From Anthoceros angustus (lineage: Eukaryota; Plantae; Anthocerotophyta): a stretch of 64,000 nt of DNA. Position numbers and translations under genes: made by a program. Under the pieces are notes generated by a model, which made no database searches, was not told the origin of the DNA, and worked only from the letters and a program-made list of their open reading frames with translations. Positions 48,972 to 62,739 of the stretch are shown one piece after another; positions within the stretch are counted from its first letter, which is position 1; each line of letters opens with the position of its first letter. The DNA lies in contig MU008186.1 of assembly GCA_010909165.1 (NCBI GenBank), positions 620,001-684,000 of the forward strand, written 5' to 3'.

Positions 48972-49878
48972 TCTAACCAAGCACGACAAATTCCATGCTA
49001 GAACAAAGCATATAGAAGTTGCCTATCACTTCATTAGGCAACTACCAGCTAGAAGTATCGTCAAGCTCTCATATGTTCCCACGGAGTTTAATCTTGCTAA
49101 TCTTCTCACGAAGTCATTAGGCAAAACTCGTCATGGAACACTCACCTTAGCTCTAGGCCTCGTGAACACAACTAGTGTCCCACCGAGCACCCATAGCAGG
49201 CTCTTTGAAGCTCCTACGGATCCCTCATCAAGCACAAGGACAAACGCTAGAACTGAGCGGGGATAATGAAGGACTGTCCAAGGCACACAACTAGACTATC
49301 ATTAAACACTTCTACTCTATAAGAACACGACCCTCTACCTCAACGCATCATGAACTATCACATTTCCTCAGTACTGCACCTACCACAAACAAGACATCTA
49401 TGAATGCTCGCTGACTGTAATTGTAAGACATGCTCAATGCTAAATGAAGGCATCAGTTTTTTTTCCAGCGCCCAAAACACAACTTGGATGGAGGCCTGGA
49501 GAAAATTTCAACTCGGAACCCCCTTGCAACAAACATTTAAGGCAACACAGAATGACAACAAGTCCCATTATAATGGTCCATGCCACTTTTGCTGCCGGAA
49601 AGAGACAAAACGTTCGTGGATAGATAGAAAGAAAAACAATAAAACAACAAAAAAGAGTAGGTTTCAAGGTTATCGGTCCCGCCTTCAGGTTTTTTTCTTA
49701 TAGCAAGTTTCCGGCTCGAATAAAAGGTTCAATGGAGTGAAGTTACTCTGAGTACTCAAACATGCCAAATGAATCAATGGCTGTTGGAACTGAATCTAAG
49801 AAGGTGGTCTTTGTTGAGGCTACCAAACTGGGAAGCTGACGTAACCACGTTTTTAAGGTGTCCAGAGAGATGTACAAT

Positions 49879-50194
49879 GTTTTATATTGATTAAAATTTC
49901 CTTAGGAATATTATTTCTGTCATTGCATTGAATTATAGTTATGTGTCTTTTCTTAGACTTTATCACAAGTAACTGGACTAAGTGTTAACGCATGAAGCCA
50001 CCTTCAGGGTTTTGCGCGAGGCCATTAGTAAAACTTGAAACTTAAGCTTCACCTATTTGCACAACTAAAGTTTTGGAAAAAGCATACAACTACAATCCAG
50101 TGCAATGACATAAATAATGTTCCTAAGGAAATTTTTAATTAATATAAAATTATATTTTATAAAAAGTTATCAAAATAATAATAATTAAACATCT
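49879..50194. mobile_element. AT-rich foldback / MITE-like element
   Basis: About 60-bp inverted arms (ttatattgattaaaatttccttaggaa.. and ..ttcctaaggaaatttttaattaatataa). Direct repeat atgtacaat at 49870-49878 and 50195-50203. Confidence 0.5.
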
Positions 50195-50662
50195 ATGTAC
50201 AATATTTCATATGAGGGCGAGTTCTTTATTCAGAGGAGAAAAAATGGGGAGGGCCCATCCAGCGGAGGACAGCAAATGGAGACTTCCAGGGCCCGTAGAA
50301 GAAAGGAGCAACTAAGCTCCATTCCTAAGGTCATCTATTGCGTCATATGCAGCAAGAATAAATGGTCTCCATACAGTTGAGCTAAAAGAGGATGCATGCA
50401 TCACTTACTGTAGATGTCGTATGAAGGACTGCTACTGCGAGTGCCCGTTGGAAAGTTGGAGAGTAATAGACACAGTTTGTCGAAAGAAAATTGTAAAATA
50501 GAAAAGCAAAAAGCTTGGTGCCATGCCTGCGACCATGGTAAGCTTTGGTGCAGAACTTGATAAATCTATCAAAGTCCTCCACCATTTCTCCATACATTTC
50601 CAGGGTGGATGAATATTTTTGATCCAAAACTTCCTTATTCTAAAGCTCATCATCATCATCTA

Positions 50663-52054
50663 TCATCTAATACCATCATCTCCATTCACAACGGGGTCGT
50701 CGGTGCAACCGTAACTTGTAGAAGGTGAAACATCAAGGTAAGGCGAATCACTAGGAGAAGGTGAAGGAATTGATCCAAAATCATAAGAATAGGGATTAAC
50801 AGGACTTTCACATTGATATGGTTCGGGTGCATAACCATTAGGGCTGTCATCAATTGGTACAGGATTAGTATCATAAGGTGTGTCAGGTTCCGGTGTAGAG
50901 CTTCCACTGTTAATCCCATCTATTATAATATCAACATTGATAGTTACATTGGCATTACATAAATCTTGTATAGAAGGTAATCCTTGCCAATTTTGAGGGA
51001 AATTTGTACCATTGAAGAACCATTTAGCAGCAATGTCAATAGCATCGTGTGACATGTGAGACGGATCCCACCAAATAAATTTCTTGACATGTTCGCAGGG
51101 CTTTGATCCCTTCTTGCATCGTGTTCGTCCATCCCCACAACATGCTTTTGTAGAGTGTTGAAATCCGTATCTATAATGATGATGAATAATCTCACTAAAG
51201 GCTTGAAAGGTAGGAAGAACAACATATTGAGCTCCTTTAAGACGGTGTTGAAATTCCTCATTAAGCATTCGATTCAATATATGGTTATAACTATGGACAT
51301 GGTAGTTGACATCTTTACTGCATCCATAGGATTGAGTGACATGAATAACTACTGGAGAACACCCTATAGGCCCAATATTAGCAATAATAAACTTCCGCGC
51401 TCCTTGTTTATATAATGTATGGATATTATGTCTCATTCTTTTCAAGAGAGTTTTACGTAAAAAATTAGAAGAAATAGTTTGTCTAGCAATAATCCTCTGA
51501 AGAAAATCATCAGTGCCTACATCAATGTAAAATAATGATTTTCCCAAATGTTTTGCAACATTATGGATCAAATTTCCTTTTTTATGTTTTAATTGTTTTG
51601 CAAGGGTTGGTACCGTTTTTTCTTGAAAAGACGTCACTTGATGACGTAGTGATATGACATCTCCATATTGTTTTCCAGTAATTCTTAACAATCCAGCTTT
51701 ACCAGAAGCAAAGCTAATACCTTCACGCCGTGTTGCATTCCTAGTATGATACAAGAATGGCTGCGGGAATTTTTTAAAACCAAGATGACTAGATAAAAAG
51801 TCCTGCAAAATACGACCATTACTAAATCGTCCTGTTGCTTTTCTAGAGTCAAATTTATCCCCATATGGATAAAAGTTTGCTCTCCCTGCTACTTTTATAT
51901 TTAAATGATTATTATTCCCGATATCCACCAAAGAATCTCCAAAAGAATATAAAGATCCTTTATATTTTGCATGATGCGACTTTAGACCATATGCATGTGT
52001 AGAAATGATGTACATGTAGAAAATAATTTGAAAGAAGAATAATTTACCCTCCAT
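50663..52054 (-). CDS. GDSL esterase/lipase, intronless, 463 aa, with Pro/Tyr/Ser/Asp-rich C-terminal tail
   Basis: Signal peptide, block I FGDSLVDIGNN, TGRFSNG, FASG, block III VGTDDF, GPIGCSP, ACCG and block V WDPSH. Confidence 0.92.
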   Translation of the reverse strand: MEGKLFFFQIIFYMYIISTHAYGLKSHHAKYKGSLYSFGDSLVDIGNNNHLNIKVAGRANFYPYGDKFDSRKATGRFSNGRILQDFLSSHLGFKKFPQPFLYHTRNATRREGISFASGKAGLLRITGKQYGDVISLRHQVTSFQEKTVPTLAKQLKHKKGNLIHNVAKHLGKSLFYIDVGTDDFLQRIIARQTISSNFLRKTLLKRMRHNIHTLYKQGARKFIIANIGPIGCSPVVIHVTQSYGCSKDVNYHVHSYNHILNRMLNEEFQHRLKGAQYVVLPTFQAFSEIIHHHYRYGFQHSTKACCGDGRTRCKKGSKPCEHVKKFIWWDPSHMSHDAIDIAAKWFFNGTNFPQNWQGLPSIQDLCNANVTINVDIIIDGINSGSSTPEPDTPYDTNPVPIDDSPNGYAPEPYQCESPVNPYSYDFGSIPSPSPSDSPYLDVSPSTSYGCTDDPVVNGDDGIR

Positions 52055-52542
52055 CTTTTAAGACACATAATAAAAAATTTTCATAAATTGAAATGTAATG
52101 AAACCATTAAAATCCCAATTGATCACTCAAACTACAAAGATAAAAAATATCTTGAAGTCACAGATCTCAAGCTTACACAACTAGCTCTCAAAGCATGGAA
52201 GGAGTTGAAGTTTGGTACCAAGGCGATATTTATATTTTACATAAAATTCTAAAAATATTTTATTAAATCGAAATAGTAATAAATCTCGGGAACCATCCAC
52301 GGCATAATTACCAACAATTTATGTCAAAGGAGAGCTGCATTATGGACCACACATAGCTTATACTTCTTTATGGTAATGGAAGTCCATTATGACACAATTA
52401 CTAACCACAAGATCCTCTTATGTCAAGAGCTTGTTATGAATATTGTGAACCACATTCTTCTAACCTTGGACTACATTGAGCATGCCCTATAAATCGCCGG
52501 ACAAGAGTAAAAATAGCCAATTTGGTAGACCATATAGGAGAG

Positions 52543-52775
52543 CTGTGTTGCCCCAAGGAAGGTGATGGCGGGTTTTGTATGCTTGGTGTTGCTAAGTATG
52601 GGTGGCGGGATTCGTATGCCTGGCGTTGCTAAGTATGGATGGCGGGTTTTGTATGCTTAGCGTTGCTAAGTATGGATGGCGGGTTTTGTATGCTTAGCGT
52701 TGCTAAGTATGCTCTGTGTTGCCCCAAGGAAGATGATGGTGGGTTTTGTATGCTGGGCGTTGCTAAGTATGGGCG
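52543..52775. repeat. ~39-bp minisatellite (about 5 copies), probably TE-derived
   Basis: ggcgggttttgtatgcttagcgttgctaagtatggat repeated. Confidence 0.75.
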
Positions 52776-54513
52776 ATGATGATTCTAGGATTTTGCATAG
52801 GTGGTGCTTAAGTGTGGGCGATGTTCGAAGTACATAGATTTATCATGTGCAAGCGCTTGCTCTGAATGCTGGACTGGAGGTTCAGTCATTGATGAGAATC
52901 ATAGGCTTGCTAAAATTGTTTGTAGCATTGATTATAATAGAAAGCACATGCCTTTATATAGGTAAGGTGGTTAGGAGGTTATAATCATAAGCGATTGTAA
53001 TCAATATAACAACTAACTACCTAAAGAACTAAATAAAGAAACTACTTAGTGCCCTAGAATTAATTAATACTTAATTCTATATGCCCTAGTGAATAGTGCC
53101 CTATTAGGTATATATTTCATCACTCCCACTCACTATGAACTGGGGTGAGGTGATAAAGTATTTTTCTAGCTTCAAAATGAGCTATAATAAACCTAGAATG
53201 CTAACCTAAGCCTTAACTTAAAAGCATTAAGAAAAGGAACAAAAGAAATAAAAGATAAGAGCCACTTAAATAGTTTCCGAAATAAAAAAATCCGGAAAAA
53301 AGGCTTAATCAAAACTTAAATGAGCGGGGGCCAAACGGTCGGTCCCCGTTCATCTCCGTCGCCGACTCGCAGATGTAAGCAGAGATGCGCCCAGACATCT
53401 CGCAAGCTTGGGGGTCCGACCACCAGAAGCGAAGAGGCCACCGTCCAGGAATCGAGAGAGTTTGATTATGGGAGCACCTAGTTCTTGTACCCCTCGCGTC
53501 CCGGGTTCCGACCGTTTCTTTACCTGAGCTAACTTAACTATTGGATTGGTTAGTGACTAACTAGGGTTAGCTTAATCCTGCTCAGTCTAACCTCTAGTTC
53601 TAACCTTGTTTCCTTTGTCAGCTCTAGCGCTATGTCCCAGGCATGCCCCACGCGGCTCCGCGCCATTACTCCTATGCCAACATTTCATCCGACCGATCGT
53701 GTGTCCAAATTCTTCGTTGAGTTCTTTAGCTCGTTGGCTCACGGCGATAGCTGGCCGTGGCAACGGACCACCAACTTTGGTGGTTGGCGGCTATGGCGCC
53801 AAGGAGCCCGCACGCTGTGCGCGCACCGCGTGCATCAAGCGCAGTGCAGCGCCGCCGCACCACGCACCGATCGCGCGCGGTGGTGGCAGTGCCGGCACGC
53901 TGGGCCTGGGATCGCGGCAGTGGTGTCACGGCTTGCCTGCTGCAAAACCGCCGTGGAAGGAAATCGGAGGGGCAGGCACGCCGCGCGACTGCCCTTTCTG
54001 ACGCCACAGGCTGATGCTGCTGTGGAGTCTGTGTCTGCTGCAGGTCCTCCCCAAATGCTGTTGTTAGCAAGAAGAGGTGGATCCACAGCATGGTGACTTT
54101 TGGAGAACACCATCAAAAGATCCAAGTCCATCTCAAAGTCGAAGCCAAGATGGGGTGAGCCCCTGCCAGTTCGCCTACTAGAGACTGCCTTAAGTCCACC
54201 CAATGTGATAGAACTCTCCTCCTCCAAGACTTCAAGCTGGGGAGGATTTCCCAACGATGTTGACGAGGTATCCATGGCACACAATCTGTAGGTCCAAGCA
54301 GAAGATGTTGCTCATAAAGCAGTCGCGCATAGAATGAAGAAAAAGCATTGATTATTGATGTACTGTTGAACTCTTAAATACAGGTTTGAATTAGCAGTTG
54401 AACTACTCAAGCTACTTTACGGTTATTGGTAACTACTTTAACTACACGTAGAACCCTAAGTGAAACGTGCCCTAATCTCCGTTACCCCTAGTCAAGCGAC
54501 AAATTAAACGATT

Positions 54514-55044
54514 TGTTACAACACTCCCTCGTCATGGATAGGGAGCCACCGGGCCCCTCCGAGATGGCAACCATGTTGCACGCCTGCTTCCAATTGGTGC
54601 TCAGCCTCGTCATGCTGGGAGTTTGAATCCGCCACATGTTGACAGGACCTACTGATCCTAAGCTAGGGCACACGAACAAGGTACCGAGTTCAAACGCCAT
54701 CCGTCATTCTTTCGCCTATCCGATCGCTATAAAGATGAGGCATTGATTTCGTAATTACTAATCCACTATTCGCTATTATCCCGATATCCGCTTATTTCCG
54801 TTATTAGGCTATCCGTCATTTACCCAGATCTAGAACCATGGCTATTCAAACAGCTATGACTAGAAATTCAGAATAGGTAGACAATGTAGGATCCCGTGAA
54901 TCGAATCGGTTTTAGGTAGACGAGTAGTTGGGGCAACCTTCTTGGCCATTCCCCACACTGTGAGCAAAAGGGGAATTGCCTCAAGCAAGACAAATAATCT
55001 TTGTGCGCCAAGTAGCAGCCGACCGTGGAATTTGTGTTGTGGCA
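54514..55044 (+). repeat. 5' LTR of a Gypsy element
   Basis: Inverted termini TGTTACAACAC...GTGTTGTGGCA, followed by a tRNA-iMet-type PBS tggtatcgagc (55047-55057). Confidence 0.65.
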
Positions 55045-58000
55045 TTTGGTATCGAGCGCCCGATCCATGAGCCGCTTTGGATCATGTGAACCCCGCAACA
55101 AAAGCCGAGAAATGAGCGATGTCATACCGGGCGGTGATGGAGAAGGCGATCTCCAACGGCAGACACGACAATTCCCGGGGCATTGGGGGTCGGGTGAGAA
55201 GGAGGGTCAACGCCACACCCTACCGAATGATACGGAGTACGAGGCGACACCGCCCAAGGCGCCGCTCCGACCAAACGCCACCCGTGGCACCCCAATCACG
55301 GAGGAGGGCAGCGTGAAGAAGGCGAAGACGCCAGGAACCGCCGCCCCGTAACGCGACCGAGAAGGAGAATTCTGCACGGCTGCAACGCAAGACGACCGGA
55401 CGAGAAGGGACGAGGTCAACCAACGGCAAGATTGGGAAAACCGCACCACAAGAGTGGAACGTACATGTGAGGAAATCACCGGTACCCTCGCTTCCCAAGA
55501 TCGGCAGTTGAAAGAGGTAGAGGCCACGATGCACCGCATCGAGACCCAGGTAGGCGAAAGCCAGGCGCGGGTAGAACGCCAACTTGAAGGTAGCGCAAGC
55601 TGGGCCACACGGAGCAGACACACCCCGCAAAGAATAACAAAGTGTGACACGTTAGGTACGAAACACCAAGAAACCATTTCCTCACATTTTGAAACCGCCA
55701 CCCATTTCGGAGATCGGCGGAAGAAATTAGCGGGGCCGCCCAGCCTCGGGGCCGAGGCTGACCCGGACGCGACGGGGACCCGAGGGATGACGAGGAAGCT
55801 CAAGAAATTGTTAACCTACAACCAAAGTAGAAGGAGAATCCGAAATCCAAGCCTTGGTGAGAAGGCTTCATCCGATGCGATATGAGAACCAAGCCCAAAA
55901 GGTAGGTCCTCACCTGAACTTGGATCTATGGAAGACGAGCTAATCCCATTCAAGTCCAGGAGCCTGTTGGACAAGGACCTGCAGCGAAAGATCAAAACCA
56001 CGACTTTCGATGGCTCAAACAAAGAAGCACAACACACCTACGATTGATCGACAAGATGGACAAGTACCTGGGTCAAGCGACAAGGACGACTCCAGAGGAT
56101 CCAATTTTGTGTTATGAGCCCCGAGGGTATGCGATCGTTGGTGGGCGATAATGGAACGCTGTGGACCTCGGATGGCACCACCAATCCTCTCCTGACGGTG
56201 TTCCGCCACCCTTTCTCGACACAATTCCTACCAACAACCACCGGAGAGACTTATATCACTTAATTCAACTATCACTCAAAGAACTACGGTCCGAGAGTCT
56301 GCGGGTTCCTGCACTCACCCTCGACATGCCAAGGTTAGATGAAGAATAAGGTAGAGAAGTTCATCGACGGCCGAGGTGAGCTCAGTAAGTATGTATACCG
56401 ACTAGTCCTGCTACATTGGTAGACGCCATGAAGGCAAATATCAACTACGGACCAACAAGTATAAATACCGCCTCACCCACAAAGAAATAGGGGAAGCAAG
56501 TTTGCACAAGCCAGCGACAAGAAACCCACGCTCAAGATACATCGACTATATTGTGAGAAACAGTATACCACGAGAAGAAGTTGTGCTTTACCTGTGCTCT
56601 CACCGATCATGCCTCCAAGACCGCCCCCATCGAAAAGATTTCTTTGCTTGGCTCAAAGAGGTGGCAGCCCCCCTGACCGGCGCCCACCGCCAAGCACAAT
56701 CATGCTATCCGGACCGAGGAAGAGCTCAACTCCATGACGACACACAAGCCTCAGCCAAGGCAATCAGATACACCAGAAGGACATACCGCGATGCATCTCC
56801 GCGCCTGCTCAGAAACTCCCGTAGGTCTGCGGATATGAAAGCGCCGCCACCATCTGTGAGCTAGCCACAATTACATCGCCTGGCCGGTGCAGGAAGAGCC
56901 GGACTAGAAATTTCGAATAATAGGTAGACAATGTAGGATCCCGTGAATCGAATCGGTTTTAGGTAGACGAGTAGTTGGGGCAACCTTCTTGGCCATTCCC
57001 CACACTGTGAGCAAAGGGGAATTGCCTCAAGCAAGACAAATAATTCAGCGCCAAGTAGCCCAACAACAGACTGCGGAATTTCCGTGTTGTGGCATTTGGT
57101 ATCGAGCGCCCGATCCATGAGTCCGCTTGTTGGCACAGAACCCCGCAACAAAAGCCAAGAAATGAGCGATGTCATACCTCGCGGTGATGGAGAAGGCGAT
57201 CTCCAACGCGCGACGATGACAATCTCCGGGGCATTGGGGTCGGGTGAGAAGGAGGGTCAACGCCGACACCCGCCAGACACGGAGTACGAGGCGACACCGC
57301 CCAAGGCGCGGTCGACCGAAACGCTACCCGTGGCTGGCACCCCAATCACGGAGGAGGGCAGCGTGAAGAAGGCGAAGACGCTGGAACCGCCCCGTAACGC
57401 GACCGAGAAGGAGAATTTCGCAACGCAAGACGACCGGACGAGAAGGGACGAGGTCAACCAACGGCAAGATTGGGAAAACCGCACCACAAGAGTGGAACGA
57501 TATGTGAGGAAATCACCGTACCCTCGCTTCCCAAGATCGGCAGCTGAAAGAGGTAGAGGCCACCATGCACCCATCGAGACCTGTAGGCGAAAGCCGTGCT
57601 GGTAGAACGCCAACTTGAAGCAGCTGCAAGCGCCACACGGAGCAGGACACACCAACCTGCAAAGAATAGCCCCACTGTGTGACACGTTAGGTACGGAAAC
57701 ACCAAGAAACCATTTCCCTCACACATTTTGAAACCGCCACCCAGATTTGGAGATCGGCGGAAGAAATTAGCGGGGCCTCGGCCTAGTTCTCGGCCGAGGC
57801 TGACCCGGACGCGACGGGGACCCGAGGGATGACGAGGAAGCTCAAGAAATTGGGTTAACCCACAACTGTAGAAGGAGAATCCGAAATCCAAGCCTTGGTG
57901 AGAAGGCTTCATCCGATGCGATATGAGAACTACGAAGCCCAAAAGGTAGGTCCTCACCGAACTTGGATCCGTGGAAGACGAGCTAATCCCATTCAAGTCT

Positions 58001-61000
58001 GGAGCCTGGACAAGGAGGACCCGCAGAAAGATCAAAACCACGACTTTCGATGGCTCAAACAAAGAAGCACAACACACCCACGATTGATCGACAAGATGGA
58101 CAAGTACCTGGGTCAAGCGACAAGGACGACTCCAGGATCCAATTTTGTGTTATGAGCCCCGAGGGTATGCGTATCGTTGGTGGGCGATAATGGAACGCTG
58201 TGGACCTCGGATGGCACCACCAATCCTCTCCTGACGGTGTTCCGCCACCCTTTCTCGACACAATTCCTACCAACAACCACCGGAGAGACTTATATCACTT
58301 AATTCAACTATCACTCAAAGAACTACGGTCCGAGAGTCTGCGGGTTCCTGCACTCACCCTCGACATGCCAAGGTTAGATGAAGAATAAGGTAGAGAAGTT
58401 CATCGACGGGCCGAGGTGAGCTCAGTAAGTATGTATACCGACTAGTCCTGCTACATTGGTAGACGCCATGAAGGCGCTATCAACTACGGACCAACAAGTA
58501 TAAATACCGCCTCACCCACAAAGAAATAGGGGAAGCAAGTTTGCACAAGCCAGCGACAAGAAACCCACGCTCAAGATACATCGACTATATTGTGAGAAAC
58601 AGTATACCACGAGAAGAAGTTGTGCTTTACCTGTGCTCTCACCGATCATGCCTCCAAGACCGCCCCCATCGAAAAGATTTCTTTGCTTGGCTCAAAGAGG
58701 TGGCAGCCCCCTGACCGGCGCCCACCGCCAAGCACAATCATGCTATCCGGACCGAGGAAGAGCTCAACTCCATGACGACACAAGCCTCAGCCAAGGCAAT
58801 CAGATACACCAGAAGGACATACCGCGATGCATCTCCGCGCCTGCTCAGAAACTCCCGTAGGTCTGCGGATATGAAAGCGCCGCCACCATCTGTGAGCTAG
58901 CCACAATTACATCGCCTGGCCGGTGCAGGAAGAGCCGGACTAGAAATACATGACACCGGCCACTATTCAACGGTGGTTACGCAGACTCAACTAACGAGAC
59001 ACCAAAGAAGGAAGAATGGATGTAGGTGGTCCTTACCTTCCCGTGCGTATGAGGAGAAGCTTCGCCACCGCCATGCCCAACCTCTCGCCACGACATTATC
59101 CTCGGAAACCGTGGATGGCAGCCCACCACCACCGAAAGTGGACTGGGCCACCAACGAGGTGGTGCCGACGAAACTCCCAACAACTTGTTATGCAAGGGAG
59201 AGCCACCTCCGACAAACACTTGTATGCGGTTTCAATTTTGAATAAAGCCACCGAGGGCATTTCCTATACATAGCACGGCTAAAACGAGTGTTACCACTAG
59301 AGGGCACCGAATCCCGGCCGCAAAATGTAAGGAACAGGAAGCTCGCCATCTCGAACCGCGAGGAAACGCTACATGATTTCCGTGACGCTTTTGCAGAGCC
59401 CATGTAACTCCCCCGACGGGTCGCTGACCACCGGATCGAACTCCCACCGGCATAAACCGTTAGCATTCCTCCTGCTGTAACCTCACCACAGAAAGCGAGG
59501 AGATCAAGAGGTGTGGATGACCTCCGCAGAGGGGTTTGTCAAAACGTCCTGCCTCCCTGCTCGTGCACCCGGGCCCTATCAGAGCCAAGCCCGACGGCAC
59601 CGGCGCCCGCATCGACACGGCCTTGAATAAAGCAACAAGTGAGGAATGTTTACCAAATGCCACTTGACGACGAACTCGACTTGCACGCATGGAGCCACTC
59701 TCTTCACGAAGATAGACCTCCGCCCGGCTTCCACCAGATCCGAATTCATGAAGGGATGAGTACAAGACCGCTGACCTTCGACATGGACATTTCGAGTTTG
59801 TAGTCATGCCTTCTGACTCACCAACGCCCGCCACTTTTCAATGTATGCAGGAGATATTGCGCTGTTTCGGGCGGGAGTCGGGCATTCCTCGACGACATAT
59901 TGATCTATTCCACGATGCAGACGACATCGGTTAGGTGGAACAGTCGCATCGATTTTGCATACACCACAAACCGCCGCAAAGAAAAGCAAATGCGCCTTTT
60001 ATGCGCATCGAAAAGTAATACACTGCAAGTCATCGCTAAAGGGATCCAGTGTCGACACTGAAAAATCAAAGCTATCCAGAGTGGCCGCCTCAGACCTCTC
60101 GCAACTCCGAGGGTTCCTCGCATGGCAGTGTTTTTACAGCTTTATACGGACTTCAAAGAAGATAGCCGCCCCGCTACCAACGACTTCGCCAACCCATGTG
60201 GAAAACCTCCTGCTCGGCTACAGCCCAAGCCTTCGACAACATGAAGGCCTCGGCCAAGACCGCACCTATAATCGCTATGGCGGATCCCACCAAGACCTTA
60301 TACAGGCATGACTGCACCGACGTACTGAGCGCTCACACAACACGGACGGCCCGTAGCCTTCGAGTCCAAAGCTCCAAGGCGCCAAATTTTAACTACCCCT
60401 GGCCCACGATGGAGATGCCGGCAGTGGTCCATGCCCTCCGTGCTCGGGCGCCACTACCTATTGGGGACGAAGTTACCGCTTCACCGACCACCATTCATTA
60501 CGCTTCTTTTCATGCCTCACCTCAACACCAGCAAAACGCCATGAGTACCGCAGATTTCAACTCGACATCAAGTATGTCTCGGGAAGTTTAACGTTGTGGC
60601 CGACGCCTCACCGCCGTGCTTGCGCCTCATGATCACACACTGGACACCATCGGACAGTCCGCGACGCAATACCTCATGACCCTCACCATAACTATACAAA
60701 GACCTCATGATGTATGCTCGTGGGGTATTCCAGACTCACCCAACAAGATACTTTACGCGACGCTTGCATCTACAGGAAGGGCAGATCGGTCATTCCACAT
60801 CACCGCAACCTCAAGCGGGCTATCCTCCATGACCTCATGAGATGCTCGGGGTATTCGCACTCACCCAACAAGATACTTTACGCGACGCTTGCATCTACAG
60901 GAAGGCGCATCGGTCATTCCACATCACCGCAGTAACCTCAAGCGGGCTATCCTCCATGACCTTCACCCCTCACCGGCCGACACCTTGGTATAGACAAGAC

Positions 61001-61620
61001 CCATGCTCGAGTAAGAGAGCATTTCACCGGTATGGTCTCCGGACGGATTGCATCGACCGGGTCCGATCTCGCACTCCCGCCAACAGCAAAACCGATCACC
61101 AAAAAACTCCAGCAAGTACAACCCTCGCAGATACCGGATGGCGATTGCTCAATTCCATGGACTTTATCACACACTTACCCGGACACGAAAGCCGCGATTC
61201 CGTCTGGTGGTGATGGACCTGCCAAGACGCTACTGGCCCAAGGGCCCACCATCACACGGGCCCGGGTTGGCGACCTTATTCTTACGCGAGATCTTCCGCC
61301 TCCATGGCTGCCCCGAGAGCATCGCCTCCGGCTGTGGACGCCAAATTCACCTCCGTTTTGGCGGACCTTCACCGAAACCCCAGATGGCACAACACCTATC
61401 TTTTCACCGCCATCCTAATCTGGCCGACGGAGAAATGTAACCAAGTGTTAGAAGATATGTTCGCCACTTCACACATGACAAGGTGGTAGGTGGAAGAGAT
61501 GCCGCCTTGTTGAATATGCTTACAACACCTCCCGACACGCCCGCCATCGGGTGTCGCCCTTTTAAGCCGCTCTATGGCGAAACTCAGCCTGGCTTTGGCC
61601 GCCCACCAAGAACGGTGGAG
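54514..61620 (+). mobile_element. Degenerate Ty3/Gypsy LTR retrotransposon with a ~2.04-kb internal tandem duplication
   Basis: RT motifs (KIDLR..GFHQIRI, GHFEFVVMP, FLDDILIYS at ~59886), RNase H (NYP..EMPAVVHALR) and integrase (SMDFITHLP, EIFRLHGCPESI) in RT-RH-INT order. Heavily frameshifted. Confidence 0.88.
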
Positions 61621-62739
61621 TAGTGTGGAACGCAAAGTTTGGGCAACCAGCCCAAAAGAGTTCAAGACAAACAAGTTTGATTTTTTTGGCTAGGAACGAT
61701 TGAAGAGGAGCATGCCAAGAAATTTTCGAGAATCTTGAAGGAGTTGTAGGATATTGTTAGGAAGATGAAGAGGATATCCCTGTGAAGAAGAACGGGTCAA
61801 ACGACCCCATTTGGCGGTGAGGGCAGAAGGTAGGTCAGATCATCACCGTAGGTCGCCACACACGCCGGTAGGTCGAGAAGGAAGCATTACCGCGTAAGTC
61901 CACCGTGTAGGTCGAAATCAAAAAGGAAATTTAGAATAGAGGGGGATATCCACTATATATGCTCACCAATAGGGAATAAATATATAGAGTAATTAGAAGC
62001 GTTAATTAGGATAGCGGGATAGGAAAATAGGTAGTTTAGATAGAATTAGGATTTTGGAATGATGAATCCAATCTAGGGTTGCGCACCGGCGTACATCCAA
62101 AGGAGGCAAAGTGCGCGACCGCGCCTCCACTTCAAGAGCTAGAACGAGAGCTGGAGTTGGAGCGTAAGACGCAAGGAAGGAAAGCGCCATCGCCAGCAAG
62201 CCGAGCGAGGCGGAGCCGCGCGCGCCCATCGAAAGGACCGACCAGACAAAGAGGAGAGAAGGAAGAAAGCGAGTACCGAAGCAAGGAAGGGAGCTCACCA
62301 CGCCAACCACTGGAAGAGGAAGTGTGAAGCGAACCAAGAAGGCGAGCACTTGGAGAGTCGGGCGGTAAAATTGAGAGCGGGAAGAGCGAGAATCGGCGAC
62401 CGCCTCAAGGAAGGAAGGGCCACGGAGAGAAGGTTGGCAGCAGGAACATTCAAGCCGCTAACGTGCTGAAGGAGTGTGTTACCGCAACAAGGAAGAGGTG
62501 AAGTGTGAAATTTTGAAGCTCTCAAATTGAGAGTAATTTCCTTCCTTGTGAGCTTGGGAAGGCCACCATGCCTCGAGCTGGAAAGGCAAGGGAAGGAGCC
62601 GCCGCAAGGCTCTTCCTCGAGGAGGAAAGGAAAGAAGGAGCACCTGTGAGGGGTGAGGTCGAAATGCCTCAATTCACTTGCTTTGGCAGCTCAACCCCGA
62701 GATTTGGTTGATTTTCGAAGGGGGAGGAGGAGAACATCC

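Larger units (their letters stand above)
46200..49430 (+). mobile_element. Ty1/Copia remnant (RNase H, PPT, possible 3' LTR) interrupted by a TIR element
   Basis: FTLGGSAVSWSSKK..SSTESEY..LHYDNIATIAL | TKHDKFHARTKHIEVAYHFIR..NLANLLTKSL. PPT-like gagcggggataa followed by TG at 49267. Confidence 0.85.

Noticed and set aside
50382-50659. ORFs downstream of the GDSL gene as a separate gene or extended tail
   Set aside because: Out of frame or interrupted by stops, with no recognisable domain.
53200-54513. ORFs in the GC-rich segment upstream of the Gypsy LTR
   Set aside because: Overlapping low-complexity ORFs on both strands without domains. Probably TE non-coding sequence, but not assignable.
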